This document shows, piece after piece, positions 1 through 9,760 of a stretch of DNA of 43,783 bases; the stretch's first letter is position 1; each line of letters opens with the position of its first letter. The stretch is from Verrucomicrobiota bacterium (GTDB lineage: Bacteria > Verrucomicrobiota > Verrucomicrobiia > Limisphaerales > JACRJZ01): the NCBI GenBank assembly GCA_022711695.1, contig JAKLEJ010000001.1, positions 1-43,783 on the forward strand, given 5' to 3'. The notes under the pieces were generated by a model that worked only from the letters and a program-made list of their open reading frames with translations, had not been told where the DNA came from and did no database searches. The position numbers were made by a program, and so were the translations under genes.

Positions 1-1
1 G

Positions 2-199
2 GTGGATGGCGGGCTGGAATTGGCCGTTCAGGACGATGGCAAGGGGTTTGACCCTGCCTCGCATCGGGACCGGCCGAGCCTTGGGCTGGCGGGCATGGCC
101 GAGCGGGCTCATTTGCTGGGCGGCGAGCTCGAGATTGACAGCGCTCCCGGCCGGGGAACAACCATCATGGCCTGGGTCCCTGCCGCCCCTCCTGTATGA
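2..199 (+). CDS. sensor histidine kinase, C-terminal fragment (5' end outside window)
   Basis: The frame is open to the window edge. It carries HATPase_c G1/G2-type strings DDGKGFD ... [16 protein letters not shown] ... APGRGTTI, as in NarX/DegS-type kinases. Its stop overlaps the next start (ATGA at 196-199). Confidence 0.8.
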   Translation: MDGGLELAVQDDGKGFDPASHRDRPSLGLAGMAERAHLLGGELEIDSAPGRGTTIMAWVPAAPPV

Positions 200-846
200 C
201 TCATTCCTGCCGTCCCCGTGTCCTGCTGGCCGACGATCACCGTTTGGTGGCCGAGGGCTTGCGGAGTCTCCTCAGCCAGGACTTCGACCTCGTGGAGGTG
301 GTCGAGGATGGCCGGGCTTTGGTGGCCGCCGCCAAGCGGCTGCATCCGGATGTCGTCGTGGCGGACATCGCCATGCCGATGCTGAATGGCATCGATGCCT
401 TGCTCCAACTCAAACGCGACAACCCCGCGGTCAAGGTGGTTATTCTGACCATGCACCAGGAAGTCGCTTACGCGCGGCGGGCGCTGGAGGCCGGGGCGCT
501 TGGTTACGTGCTCAAGCACTCGGCTCCAGCCGAACTGGTCATGGCCATTCGCGCCGCGCTGGCTGGCAAAACCTACCTGACGCCTGCGCTGGCTGGCGAG
601 GTGCTCCGCGCCCTCCAGTCCGAACCGCGAAGGGCCGAGGAGCCAACCGCGCGGCTGACCCCGCGCCAGCGCGAGATTCTGCAACTGTTAGCCGAGGGCA
701 GGTCCGCCAAGGAGACGGCCAACACCCTCGGGATCTCCCCCCGCACGGTGGAATTCCACAAATACCAGATGATGGAGACCTTGGGGTTGCACAACAGCGC
801 CGAGCTGGTTCACTTCGCCATCAAGCACGGAATTGTGGGCATCTGA
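196..846 (+). CDS. NarL/LuxR-family response regulator (REC + HTH)
   Basis: REC strings are present: [28 protein letters not shown]. The C-terminal LuxR-type HTH reads [36 protein letters not shown]. The gene is translationally coupled to the upstream kinase. Confidence 0.92.
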   Translation: MTHSCRPRVLLADDHRLVAEGLRSLLSQDFDLVEVVEDGRALVAAAKRLHPDVVVADIAMPMLNGIDALLQLKRDNPAVKVVILTMHQEVAYARRALEAGALGYVLKHSAPAELVMAIRAALAGKTYLTPALAGEVLRALQSEPRRAEEPTARLTPRQREILQLLAEGRSAKETANTLGISPRTVEFHKYQMMETLGLHNSAELVHFAIKHGIVGI

Positions 847-903
847 CAACGCCGCCTTAGCCTGGCTCCCTGGCGGCCTCTGCCGGTCCAGTTTACGGCG
901 CGC

Positions 904-939
904 CCAGGTAGTTCCGCATAAGCGTACCTGGTAGTTTTT
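904..939 (+). terminator. candidate intrinsic terminator after the response-regulator gene
   Basis: A perfect 7-bp stem CCAGGTA (904-910) / TACCTGG (925-931) is followed by TAGTTTTT. The 14-nt loop is large for a canonical terminator, so this is tentative. Confidence 0.35.
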
Positions 940-1041
940 CGAGGTCCCATGCCGCCGGCCCTTATCTATCTTGGTGAAAACGGACGAAGTTGTGCTAGAT
1001 TCGCAAGTTTTGGCAGATTGCATAATCACGGAACTGAACTC

Positions 1042-1731
1042 ATGAACACGCGAAGCATTGCGGCAGCACTGGCGACGGCCCTCTTTTGGCTCTTCGTCCT
1101 GCCGGCCCCGGGCGCGCTCTTCGGGCCCAAAGGGGATTCGGTGGAGGAAAAGCGACAGACCGTTCGCAAACAGCGCGACGAGATGCTCGGGGAACTCTAC
1201 AGGACCAAGCCCGAGATGAAGGACCGCCTGAAGAAGGCCGCCGGCTACGCCACGTTCAAACAGACCGACGTCAACCTTTTTCTCCTGGCCTCCGGCAACG
1301 GCTACGGGCTTCTGGTGGATCAGAAGACCGGCAAGGAAACGGTGATGCGGGTGGCCTCGTTGGGAGGCGGGGTGGGGCTGGGGGTGAAGGACCTGCGGAT
1401 CGTCTTCGTCTTCAACGACCCCAAGGTCATGCAGCAGTTTCTGGAGCAAGGCTGGCAATTCGGCGGCAAGGCCGACGCCTCGGCCAAGTACCAGGACACC
1501 GGGGTGTCCGCCGAGCAAAACGTCAAAGCCAACGTGGACTTCAAGCAAGGCACGGTGTCCGCCGGCAGTTCCACCGATGCGCGCGCCGGCACGGACCGCC
1601 AGGATGCCCAGCGCGGCGCCGTGTCCGTGGGCGGGGCGATGGAGATCTACCAATTCACCGAGAGCGGAGTCTCCCTGCAGGCCACCGTCCAGGGGACGAA
1701 GTTCTGGAAGGACTCCAAGCTGAACAAGTGA
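1042..1731 (+). CDS. secreted hypothetical protein (possibly SYLF/Ysc84-DUF500-like)
   Basis: ATG at 1042 gives a signal peptide MNTRSIAAALATALFWLFVLPAPGA. The Gly-rich core GNGYGLLVD ... LGGGVGLGVKDLRIVFVF ... GWQFGGKADASA resembles the SYLF pattern. The ORF-track start at 949 adds an implausible leader. Confidence 0.55.
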   Translation: MNTRSIAAALATALFWLFVLPAPGALFGPKGDSVEEKRQTVRKQRDEMLGELYRTKPEMKDRLKKAAGYATFKQTDVNLFLLASGNGYGLLVDQKTGKETVMRVASLGGGVGLGVKDLRIVFVFNDPKVMQQFLEQGWQFGGKADASAKYQDTGVSAEQNVKANVDFKQGTVSAGSSTDARAGTDRQDAQRGAVSVGGAMEIYQFTESGVSLQATVQGTKFWKDSKLNK

Positions 1732-1775
1732 CCCCAAACCTACCCCGCCCGTCTGGGCAATTTCACCATGCGCAT

Positions 1776-1997
1776 ATGAAAGCCAACTCGAGAACTTCAC
1801 TCATTCTGTCCCTGGCGGCTGCCGTCTTTCTGGCGGTTTGGCTTCTGCCGGGCTGCGCCAGCAGTCCCAAGACCCAGACCACGGGCGTTTCGGTGGGGCA
1901 GCAGCTTCAGGACCTGGAGAAGGCCCGCCAGGCCGGGACCATCAACGACCGGGAATACGAGCAACTCCGCAAAGGCATCATCAAGAGAAACAAATAA
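1776..1997 (+). CDS. small lipoprotein with SHOCT-like C-terminal motif
   Basis: ATG at 1776; lipobox LLPGC. The C-terminus QLQDLEKARQAGTINDREYEQLRKGIIKR fits the short SHOCT pattern. The long ORF-track frame (1086..1997) is out-of-frame read-through of the previous gene. Confidence 0.65.
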   Translation: MKANSRTSLILSLAAAVFLAVWLLPGCASSPKTQTTGVSVGQQLQDLEKARQAGTINDREYEQLRKGIIKRNK

Positions 1998-2004
1998 CGG
2001 CGTT

Positions 2005-2541
2005 ATGAAACACTCCAACCGTATGAGACCGATTCTGGCCGGCCTGCTGCTTGCGGCAGTCGGCGTTTCGTTTGATCCGTCTGCCCGCGCTCAGGCGAGC
2101 GCGCCTGCCGTGCCAGACGATCTGCGCGCCGTCATCGAGATGATGCGCTCGGATGTCAACTCCTTCAAAATCCAGACCATCAACCAGGCGATGGCGCTGA
2201 CGGGGCCGGAGGCGGAAGCGTTCTGGCCGCTGTATCGCCAATACGAGAAGGAACTGGCGGCGGTCGGGGATCGCAAGCTGGCCCTGATTCGGGAATTCGC
2301 GGCCCTGCGGGCGGCAGGTTCGATTGACCAGAAGACCTGGGACGACCTCGCCCGCCGGTGGTTGAAGAACGTGCAGGATCGACTCGGTCTGTGGAAGACC
2401 TACCAGAAGAAGATCGGGAAGGCCGTCTCCCCCATGCGAGCAGCCCAATTCCTGCAGGTCGAACACCAGATGGCGCTGTTCATCGACCTGAATATCGCCT
2501 CCGAGATGCCGGCGCTGGGGTCGGCCCCAACCCGCAAGTGA
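2005..2541 (+). CDS. secreted hypothetical protein (helical; weak Spy/CpxP-like LTxxQ flavour)
   Basis: Signal peptide MRPILAGLLLAAVGVSFDPSARA. The composition looks like a real protein. The string ALTGPEAEAFWPLYRQYEKEL only loosely recalls periplasmic LTxxQ proteins. Confidence 0.6.
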   Translation: MKHSNRMRPILAGLLLAAVGVSFDPSARAQASAPAVPDDLRAVIEMMRSDVNSFKIQTINQAMALTGPEAEAFWPLYRQYEKELAAVGDRKLALIREFAALRAAGSIDQKTWDDLARRWLKNVQDRLGLWKTYQKKIGKAVSPMRAAQFLQVEHQMALFIDLNIASEMPALGSAPTRK

Positions 2542-2548
2542 CACCCCC

Positions 2549-2980
2549 ATGAGCGACTCACCCGTCCGGTGCGTTTTGCTGGCGGACCGGCACCACGGGC
2601 TGGTGGAAGGCATTCGCGGTCTGCTGGAGAGCGCGTTTGACGCGGTGGTGATGGTCGCAGACGAGACCTCACTGCTGGAAAGCGCAGTGCGGCTCCAACC
2701 GGTTCTCGCCGTGGTGGACCTATCGTTGGCGCGCGGCGACAACCTTCGATGGCTGCGCCAGTTCCGCGTTCGATGTCCGGACTTGAAGCTGATCGTGCTC
2801 AGTGTCCATGACGAGCCGAGCATTTGCCGGTCGGTGATCGCCGCGGGAGCGGATGGCTGCGTTCTGAAACGCACCGTGGCCACGGAACTGCTGCCAGCCA
2901 TCGATGCCGTCCTTGCGGGGGGCCGCTCCATACCGCAGGTCGCTCCCAAGCCCGCAGTCGCAGACCACGCTTGCCACTGA
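2549..2980 (+). CDS. stand-alone receiver (REC) domain protein, NarL-type REC without HTH
   Basis: REC strings are present: VLLADRHHG, LAVVDLSL (phospho-Asp position), LIVLSVHDE, GCVLKR. At 143 aa there is no output domain. Confidence 0.8.
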   Translation: MSDSPVRCVLLADRHHGLVEGIRGLLESAFDAVVMVADETSLLESAVRLQPVLAVVDLSLARGDNLRWLRQFRVRCPDLKLIVLSVHDEPSICRSVIAAGADGCVLKRTVATELLPAIDAVLAGGRSIPQVAPKPAVADHACH

Positions 2981-3049
2981 GGATTGAATTAGGATTCAGT
3001 CATTTAAGCAAAACGACCATTGCGCCGCTTCGCTCAAAGCCGCTTTAAG

Positions 3050-3640
3050 ATGTCCCAGCACATGAACCGCGAGACTTCCTTCATGAAATCCATCGGATCA
3101 CTCCTCCTGACCGCAGGCCTGTTGGCGCTTGTGGGATGCGCTTCGACACCGGCCCGCGTGGACCATGGGCCGATCAAGGCGCGCACCTTCCATTTTTTCA
3201 ACGCCGACGCGAAGCCGGCGGCGTGGTTTGCCGACGGCCGCCCGGATGTTCACCCGCGCGTCCAGGAGGCCATCACGAAGGCCCTGGCTGCTAAAGGCCT
3301 GACCAAGGTCGCCAGCGGAGGCGATGTCATGGTCGGGTACCTGATCATCGTCAGCGACAGTGTCTCCACCACAGCCGTGGACGATTACTTCGGATATGAC
3401 ATGGCCGTGTCCGACTTGCGGGACAAGTCCCACAAGGCCTATGTGACCGGCAACAAGAACCCGACGCCTTACCCGGCCGGGACGTTGCTGATCGATCTCG
3501 TGGATGCAAAGAGCTTCAAGTTGCTGCGGCGAGATCACGTGTCCCGCCCCATCATGCGCCAGTTGCCAAACGACGAACGGCTGGCCCGCCTCCAGGAGTC
3601 GGTGGACGAGGCGCTGAAGGGATTGATTGTGACCCAATAA
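3050..3640 (+). CDS. DUF4136-like lipoprotein
   Basis: Lipobox LLALVGC. The strings GYLIIVSD and GTLLIDLVDAKSFKLLRRDHV are typical of DUF4136 lipoproteins. The start is ambiguous: the ORF-track start at 3020 is TTG, and in-frame ATGs lie at 3050, 3062 and 3083. Confidence 0.65.
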   Translation: MSQHMNRETSFMKSIGSLLLTAGLLALVGCASTPARVDHGPIKARTFHFFNADAKPAAWFADGRPDVHPRVQEAITKALAAKGLTKVASGGDVMVGYLIIVSDSVSTTAVDDYFGYDMAVSDLRDKSHKAYVTGNKNPTPYPAGTLLIDLVDAKSFKLLRRDHVSRPIMRQLPNDERLARLQESVDEALKGLIVTQ

Positions 3641-3650
3641 GCGGCGTGGC

Positions 3651-4334
3651 GTGACCATGTGGCAGTCGCTGAAACAGTGGCAGGGAACGGTGACGGCAGG
3701 GCTGATCCTGATGAACCTGCCGGCCGTCGCCGCCAACGTCGAACTGGACCCGGCTTCGACGCCGGCGGGTTACGTGAGCCTGCTCCTGATCAACGAGGCG
3801 CCGTTCCCCGGCGAGCGCGGCTATCGCAGTGAGGAAGACTCCAAGGCGGCCATGCTGGCCGTGCTCTGGGTGCTGCATTGCCGCGCCCTGGCCATTCCGC
3901 CGGGCTACACCCAGAAACAGGTCGCGGATGTCTCCAGCCGCAGCGTCATCGATGTGATGACCGCCGGCGGGGTCAAGGGCCAGGTGGACGGCTTCTACAA
4001 GGACAGCTCGGGGAATTTTGCGGCGGTGGCGCGTGTTCACGAGCGAGTGAATTACCTGCTGTCTGTCGCCAACCAGGGGCAGCCGGGCAAGATGGCCCGG
4101 CTCCTGAATCACGCCCGCGATCTCGGGAGGGCCTATTTCCAGGGCGGGCCGGCGGGGAGAGACCTCTTCGCCGAACTGCGGCGGATCGGCGCGGTTCCGG
4201 TCACCGGACGAAGCTACGCCTGGATGACGGACGTCCGCGGGTTCGACCCCGGGGGCGCGTTTGTGCGCATCCCGGACGGCGACCAGGGGTCCCTTGGAGG
4301 AAACCGTTTCTACACGTTGGAGAAGAAGAAATGA
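3651..4334 (+). CDS. secreted hypothetical protein
   Basis: Start is GTG at 3651 or ATG at 3657, followed by a signal-like segment TVTAGLILMNLPAVAA. The string INEAPFPGERGY...AAMLAVLWVLHCR faintly recalls SleB-type cell-wall hydrolase N-termini (weak). The stop overlaps the next ATG (ATGA at 4331-4334). Confidence 0.6.
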   Translation: MTMWQSLKQWQGTVTAGLILMNLPAVAANVELDPASTPAGYVSLLLINEAPFPGERGYRSEEDSKAAMLAVLWVLHCRALAIPPGYTQKQVADVSSRSVIDVMTAGGVKGQVDGFYKDSSGNFAAVARVHERVNYLLSVANQGQPGKMARLLNHARDLGRAYFQGGPAGRDLFAELRRIGAVPVTGRSYAWMTDVRGFDPGGAFVRIPDGDQGSLGGNRFYTLEKKK

Positions 4335-5239
4335 AATCGGCAACCATGTTGTGCCTGGCCGCGTGGGTGTTGGCGCTGGCGGGATGCGCCACCTCGTCTC
4401 CCTCCAGCCGGGAGACCGCCGCCCGGGCCGCCAGCGGACCGGACCCGCTCCAGGAAAAGGGATTTGTTCTTGAGGTGCTGCGCCACGTCTATCGGTGGCA
4501 TTTCGACCAGTCGTATGTGTTGGAGGCCGGCAACCTGGGACAACTGGAGGTGTGGAGCCGGCGGCTGAGCCCCCGGCTGGACGCCGAGGACCGAAGCGAT
4601 TATGCGGAGATGTGGATTCCGGCGGTCAAGACGGTGGTGGAACTCAAGCGCGCCGAATACAGCGTGCCGGAGCTGAAGCTGGACATCGTCGAGAAGGAAT
4701 TCAAAGTCGTTCGAGTGGTGCGCCAGTTCCAGGCGCCCGCCGCCCGCCGGCTCTACCAGAGTCGCAGCTATCCGGTCCAGGAAGTGAGGGAGTTTCTCTT
4801 CGCCACGCGCGCCGACCGACTGCCGGTGAGCGACGCCCTCCGGGCCGGCGCCCGCCAACTCATCGCCGACTATCTCAACCGGAGCCATCCGGAGCCCTTC
4901 TCGCAGGCCCAGGTTTTCTACATCTCCCCGCTTTCCCGCGTCTGCAACGAGGTCTGGGTGTTCTGGGAAACTGGCCGCAAACTGATGCTCTTTGCCGCCG
5001 ACATGGATTTGTCCAGCCCCAGCTTCTCGCGGGTGAGCCAGTTGCGAATGCAGGCGATCGATCTGGACAAGGACGTGGTGGCATCGACGCGGGAAGCGCC
5101 TGGCAGCAATGCCTTTGTGACCAAGGACTGGGTCGGCCGCCTGTTCTTCAACTGCATAATGTACGGCGAGAAGCTCACGCGCACTCCCGAAGAACTCCAA
5201 CGGCTGCGGGCAGGCTCAGCCAACCCGGCTCCCCAATGA
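4331..5239 (+). CDS. hypothetical lipoprotein (302 aa)
   Basis: ATG at 4331 gives MKSATMLCLAAWVLALAGC (lipobox). Composition is balanced. The gene is translationally coupled to the previous gene. No family recognised. Confidence 0.65.
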   Translation: MKSATMLCLAAWVLALAGCATSSPSSRETAARAASGPDPLQEKGFVLEVLRHVYRWHFDQSYVLEAGNLGQLEVWSRRLSPRLDAEDRSDYAEMWIPAVKTVVELKRAEYSVPELKLDIVEKEFKVVRVVRQFQAPAARRLYQSRSYPVQEVREFLFATRADRLPVSDALRAGARQLIADYLNRSHPEPFSQAQVFYISPLSRVCNEVWVFWETGRKLMLFAADMDLSSPSFSRVSQLRMQAIDLDKDVVASTREAPGSNAFVTKDWVGRLFFNCIMYGEKLTRTPEELQRLRAGSANPAPQ

Positions 5240-5285
5240 CTTGCCTCCGCACTGCGACCCTGTTAGAATCGCCGTCGTCAAGCAT

Positions 5286-6536
5286 ATGATACCCATAACC
5301 AACGCAAGCTACAATTTTGGAGAGAGCCTTCGCTGTTTCGGAGGGCGGCTGTTGCCGGGCATGCTGGCGGCGGCCGCGGCTTTGGGCCTGGGCGCCTGTC
5401 AGAAGCATAAAGGGCCCGCCCAAATGCCCCCGCCAGTGGTGCAGGTGACCGAGGTCATCGCCAGCAACGTGCCGATCGCCACGGAATTCATCGGGCAGTT
5501 GGACTCTCCCGAGAACGTCGAAGTCAGGGCGCGGGTCGAGGCCTTTGTCGAGAAGATGCTCTTTAACGAAGGCACCGAGGTAAAGGAGGGGGACCCGCTG
5601 TTTGCGCTCGACAAAAAGCCCCTGGAGGAGCGGTTGGCAGCCGCCAACGGCTCCCTGGCGGAGGCCAAGGCCGCCTTGAATAAGTACGAAAAGGACGTCG
5701 CTCGCTTAAAGCCCCTGGCCGAAAAGCGGGCCATCCCGCAGCAGGACCTGGACAACGCCCTCGCCTCGGTCGAGGTTGGGAAGGCCAATGTGCTTTCGGC
5801 GGAGGCCCGTGTCCAGTCGGTCACTATCGATCTCGGATACTGTGACGTCAAAGCGCCGGTGAGCGGGCTGATCGGGGCCAAGCAGGTGTCGGTGGGCGCC
5901 CTGGTGGGCAAGGGACAGCCCACGCTCCTGGCCACCATCTCGACCCTCGATCCCATCTGGTTCTACTGCAACGTCAGCGAGGTGGATTATCTGCGGGCCG
6001 AGCGCAGAGCGGTCGAGTTGGGACGCCGGGTGCGCGATCTCCCCGTAGTCCTCATTCTGGCGGACGGCACTGAGTTCTCGAGCCCAGGCAAATGGGTGTT
6101 CCTGGACCGGGCGGTGGATGCGACCACGGGCACGATCCGCTTGAGGGCGGAGTTCCCGAATGGGAAGAAGATACTGCGCCCCGGGATGTTTGCGCGGGCG
6201 CGAATCAGCCTCACGAGCGAGAAGGCCAGCCTGCTCGTGCCGCAGCGCGCCCTGCAAGAGCTGCAAGGGAAGAACTTCGTCTGGGTGGTGGGCCAGGATC
6301 AGAAGGCCTCACAACGTCCGGTCAAGTTGGGAACGGAGATCGGCGCCTCGGTGATCGTGCTGGAGGGGCTCAGCGCAGGGGAACGGATCATCGTCGAGGG
6401 CTTGCAGAAGGCGCGTGAAGGCGCGCCGGTTCAGCCCATGACGGCCGAGCAGTGGGCCCAGGCGGCCGCGCAGCACGCAAAGTCAGCGCCCGCCAAACAC
6501 CCCGCCCAAGGCGAAGCCAAACACGGCAAGGAGTAA
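5286..6536 (+). CDS. RND efflux periplasmic adaptor (membrane fusion protein, AcrA/MexA-like)
   Basis: Lipobox LGLGAC. Lipoyl/beta-barrel strings are present: [41 protein letters not shown]. It lies immediately upstream of the RND pump. The ORF-track start at 5241 is TTG; ATG at 5286 is preferred and 5361 is possible. Confidence 0.9.
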   Translation: MIPITNASYNFGESLRCFGGRLLPGMLAAAAALGLGACQKHKGPAQMPPPVVQVTEVIASNVPIATEFIGQLDSPENVEVRARVEAFVEKMLFNEGTEVKEGDPLFALDKKPLEERLAAANGSLAEAKAALNKYEKDVARLKPLAEKRAIPQQDLDNALASVEVGKANVLSAEARVQSVTIDLGYCDVKAPVSGLIGAKQVSVGALVGKGQPTLLATISTLDPIWFYCNVSEVDYLRAERRAVELGRRVRDLPVVLILADGTEFSSPGKWVFLDRAVDATTGTIRLRAEFPNGKKILRPGMFARARISLTSEKASLLVPQRALQELQGKNFVWVVGQDQKASQRPVKLGTEIGASVIVLEGLSAGERIIVEGLQKAREGAPVQPMTAEQWAQAAAQHAKSAPAKHPAQGEAKHGKE

Positions 6537-6541
6537 CCTCT

Positions 6542-9500
6542 ATGGCTGACTTCTTCATCCGCCGGCCCATCGTGGCGATGGTCATCGCCATCCTGACGGT
6601 CATTGTAGGCGGGATCAGCCTTTCACGGCTGCCGATCTCGGAGTACCCGCCGGTCAGCCCGACGATGATCCAGGTCACCACGACCTACCGGGGCGCCGCG
6701 GCCGAGGCGGTCATGGAATCGGTGGCCACTCCCATCGAGTCCAAGGTCAACGGCGTGGACAAGCTCCTTTACATGCAGTCGTTCAACGCCAACGACGGCA
6801 AGCTGACGCTGAACGTGTACTTTGACGTGGGCACCGACGTGGACATCATGCAGGTGAACACGCAGAACCGGGTGGGCCAGGCCGAGGCGCAGTTGCCGGC
6901 GGCGGTCAAACAGGAGGGCGTGGTCGTCAACCGCTCCAGTCCGGACATCCTCATGGTCGTCGCGCTCAATTCCCCCAAGGGCACCTACGACGCCATCTTC
7001 CTGGGCAATTACTGCGACATCAACCTGGTGGACGCCATCAAGCGCGTGCGGGGCGTGGGCGACGTGAAGAACTTCACCGCGCAGGATTACTCGATGCGCA
7101 TCTGGCTGAGGCCCGACAAGCTGGCGTCCCTGGGCATCACCCCCAGCGACATCCAGAACGCCATCAAGGAACAGAACGCCCAGTCGCCCGCAGGGCGCAT
7201 TGGCGCCGAACCCGCGCCCCCCGGCACGGAAACCCAGTTCAACGTCCGCGCCCTGGGCTTGCTCAAGGACCCCAAGGAGTTCGAGGAGATCATCATCCGC
7301 TCCAACCCGGACGGTTCCCAGGTGAAGATCAAGGACGTGGCCCGCGTGGAGCTGGGGGCTCAGACCTACGACTTGCGCGCGCGGCTGAACCAGTCGCCCG
7401 CCGGCGCCATCGGCATCTACCTGGCGCCCGGGGCCAACGCCATCGAGACAGCGAAGAACGTCCGCAAGATCCTGGACGAGGCCCAAGCGAAGTTCCCGCC
7501 CGACATGGCCTACGACGTGACCCTCGATTCCACGCTGCCTATCAAGGCCTCGATGGAGGAGATCGTGCACACGCTCTTCGAGGCGGTGATCCTGGTGCTG
7601 ATCGTGGTCTATGTGTTCCTGCAAAGCTTCCGGGCCACGATCATCCCGATGTGCACCGTGCCCGTGTCGCTCCTGGGCGCCTTTATCATGTTCCCGGTGC
7701 TCGGCTTCAGCGTGAACGTGCTGACGATGTTCGGCCTGGTGCTGGCCATCGGCATCGTGGTGGATGACGCCATCGTCGTGGTGGAAGCGGTGCAACATCA
7801 CCTCGAACACGGCAAGGATCCCGTCGAGGCCACGCGGTTGGCGATGAAGGAGGTCTCCGGTCCGGTCGTGGCGATCGGGCTGGTCTTGTGCGCGGTGTTC
7901 GTGCCCGTGGCGTTCATGGGCGGGGTGACCGGCCAGCTTTACAGCCAATTCGCCTTGACCATCGCCGTGGCGGTGGTGTTCTCGGTCATCAACGCGCTGA
8001 CGCTCAGCCCCGCGCTGTGCGCGCTGCTGCTCAAGAAGCCCACCCCAGGCAAAGGCCCCATCGCCGCCTTTTTCAAACTGTTCAACCGGTTCTTCGACTG
8101 GCTGAGCACGAATTACGGCTCGATCGTTGGCGGTCTGGCGCGCAAGGCCACGCGTTCGATGCTGCTGCTGGTCGCGGTGGTCATTGGCATCTGGCTGATC
8201 GGGAAGGTGGTGCCGGGCGGCTTCATCCCCGACGAAGACAAGGGCTATTTGTTCGTCGCGGTGGAACTGCCGGAAGGGGCCTCGTTGCAGCGCTCCGACC
8301 AGGTGCTCAAGCAGGTGGAAGCCATCGTGGGCTCGACTCCCGGGGTGCGCTCCGCGGTCGGACTGGCGGGCATGAACATCCTCAACTCGCTCAACGTTCC
8401 CAACGCCGCCCTGATGTTCGTGGGCTTGGAGCCCTGGGAGGAGCGCAAGGCCCCCGAGCTGCATGCCAGCGCCATCGCCCGCGAGTGGAACCGGAAGTTC
8501 TATGCGATCCCAGGCGCGAGGGCTTTTGCCTTCGGCCCTCCGCCGCTGCCTGGTTATGGCAACGTGTCGGGCTTCACCATGCAGTTGCAGGATCGCTCGG
8601 GCGGCAGCATCGAACAACTGGCCGGCTATGTCCAACAGCTCCAGGCGGCGGCGTCCCGGCGCCCCGAGATCGGCCGAATCAGCACCACCTTCAGTCCGGC
8701 GACCCCGCAGGTGAAAGTGGAGCTGGACCGCGAAAAGGCGCGGACCCTGGGCGTGCCGGTGGACAGCGTTTTCTCCACCCTGCAGGCCTATCTGAGCGGG
8801 CTCTACGTCAACGATTTTGTCCGGTTCGGTCGTGTCTATAAGGTGTTTCTGCAAGCCGAGTCCCAGTTTACCGACAAGCCGGCTGACATCGGCCAGTTCT
8901 ACGTTCGTAATAACAGCGGTCAGATGGTGCCGCTGAGCACGCTGGTCACAGTCGGCAAGACCTCCGGCCCGAACTTCGTCACCCGCTTCAATCTCTACAA
9001 CGCGGCGGAAATGATCGGCGCCCCGGCGGCCGGCTACAGCTCCGGACAGGCGATCAAGGCCATAGAGGAGGTCATGAAGACCCTGCCAAGCGAGGTGGGC
9101 TACGAATGGTCCGGCTTGACGCTCCAGGAGAAAAAATCCGAAGGGCAGGCCCCGATCATCTTCGGCATGGCGGTGCTTTTCGTGTTTCTCCTGCTGGCAG
9201 CGCAATACGAAAGCTGGGGGTTGCCGTTTGCGGTGCTGCTGGCCACGCCCACGGTCGTTCTGGGCACGATGATCGGCATGTGGGCGCGGGCGTTCGACTT
9301 GAACGTCTATGCCCAAATCGGCCTGGTCATGCTCATCGGACTGGCAGCCAAGAACGCCATCCTGATCGTCGAGTTCGCCAAGATGAAGCGCGAAGAGGGC
9401 GTCGAGATTCTGGATGCGGCCGTGCAGGGCTCCAAGCTGCGCCTGCGGCCGATCTTGATGACCTCGTTTGCCTTCATTCTGGGCTGCGTGCCGCTGATGC

Positions 9501-9700
9501 TGGCCTCCGGCTCGGGGGCCGCCGCGCGCAGCACCATGGGCACCGGCGTGGTCTTTGGCATGACCATCGCCACGGCGGTGGGGCTGTTCATCATCCCGGT
9601 CTGCTATGTCTTTGTGCAGCGGCTCGTCGAGCGCGGCGGCAGGAAGCCCCTGCCGGCAAAACCGAACGAGCCCAAGCCGGCGGGAGGATCCGCCCACTGA
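6542..9700 (+). CDS. RND multidrug efflux pump, inner-membrane subunit (AcrB/HAE1 family, 1052 aa)
   Basis: Canonical N-terminus [24 protein letters not shown]. Also [10 protein letters not shown], the usual 12-TM/two-large-loop layout, and a length typical of AcrB/MexB. Confidence 0.95.
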   Translation: MADFFIRRPIVAMVIAILTVIVGGISLSRLPISEYPPVSPTMIQVTTTYRGAAAEAVMESVATPIESKVNGVDKLLYMQSFNANDGKLTLNVYFDVGTDVDIMQVNTQNRVGQAEAQLPAAVKQEGVVVNRSSPDILMVVALNSPKGTYDAIFLGNYCDINLVDAIKRVRGVGDVKNFTAQDYSMRIWLRPDKLASLGITPSDIQNAIKEQNAQSPAGRIGAEPAPPGTETQFNVRALGLLKDPKEFEEIIIRSNPDGSQVKIKDVARVELGAQTYDLRARLNQSPAGAIGIYLAPGANAIETAKNVRKILDEAQAKFPPDMAYDVTLDSTLPIKASMEEIVHTLFEAVILVLIVVYVFLQSFRATIIPMCTVPVSLLGAFIMFPVLGFSVNVLTMFGLVLAIGIVVDDAIVVVEAVQHHLEHGKDPVEATRLAMKEVSGPVVAIGLVLCAVFVPVAFMGGVTGQLYSQFALTIAVAVVFSVINALTLSPALCALLLKKPTPGKGPIAAFFKLFNRFFDWLSTNYGSIVGGLARKATRSMLLLVAVVIGIWLIGKVVPGGFIPDEDKGYLFVAVELPEGASLQRSDQVLKQVEAIVGSTPGVRSAVGLAGMNILNSLNVPNAALMFVGLEPWEERKAPELHASAIAREWNRKFYAIPGARAFAFGPPPLPGYGNVSGFTMQLQDRSGGSIEQLAGYVQQLQAAASRRPEIGRISTTFSPATPQVKVELDREKARTLGVPVDSVFSTLQAYLSGLYVNDFVRFGRVYKVFLQAESQFTDKPADIGQFYVRNNSGQMVPLSTLVTVGKTSGPNFVTRFNLYNAAEMIGAPAAGYSSGQAIKAIEEVMKTLPSEVGYEWSGLTLQEKKSEGQAPIIFGMAVLFVFLLLAAQYESWGLPFAVLLATPTVVLGTMIGMWARAFDLNVYAQIGLVMLIGLAAKNAILIVEFAKMKREEGVEILDAAVQGSKLRLRPILMTSFAFILGCVPLMLASGSGAAARSTMGTGVVFGMTIATAVGLFIIPVCYVFVQRLVERGGRKPLPAKPNEPKPAGGSAH

Positions 9701-9760
9701 GGGGCATCGGCCGCGGACGCGGTTCCGTCTCAACCAACCCTGAAACCAAGAGCCTGACCT

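Noticed and set aside
1011-1023. TGGCA...TTGCA string upstream of the SYLF-like gene that looks like a sigma-54 -24/-12 promoter.
   Set aside because: The GG and GC dinucleotides are only 8 nt apart, instead of the roughly 12-nt registry of the TGGCAC-N5-TTGC consensus. No enhancer-binding-protein gene is nearby.
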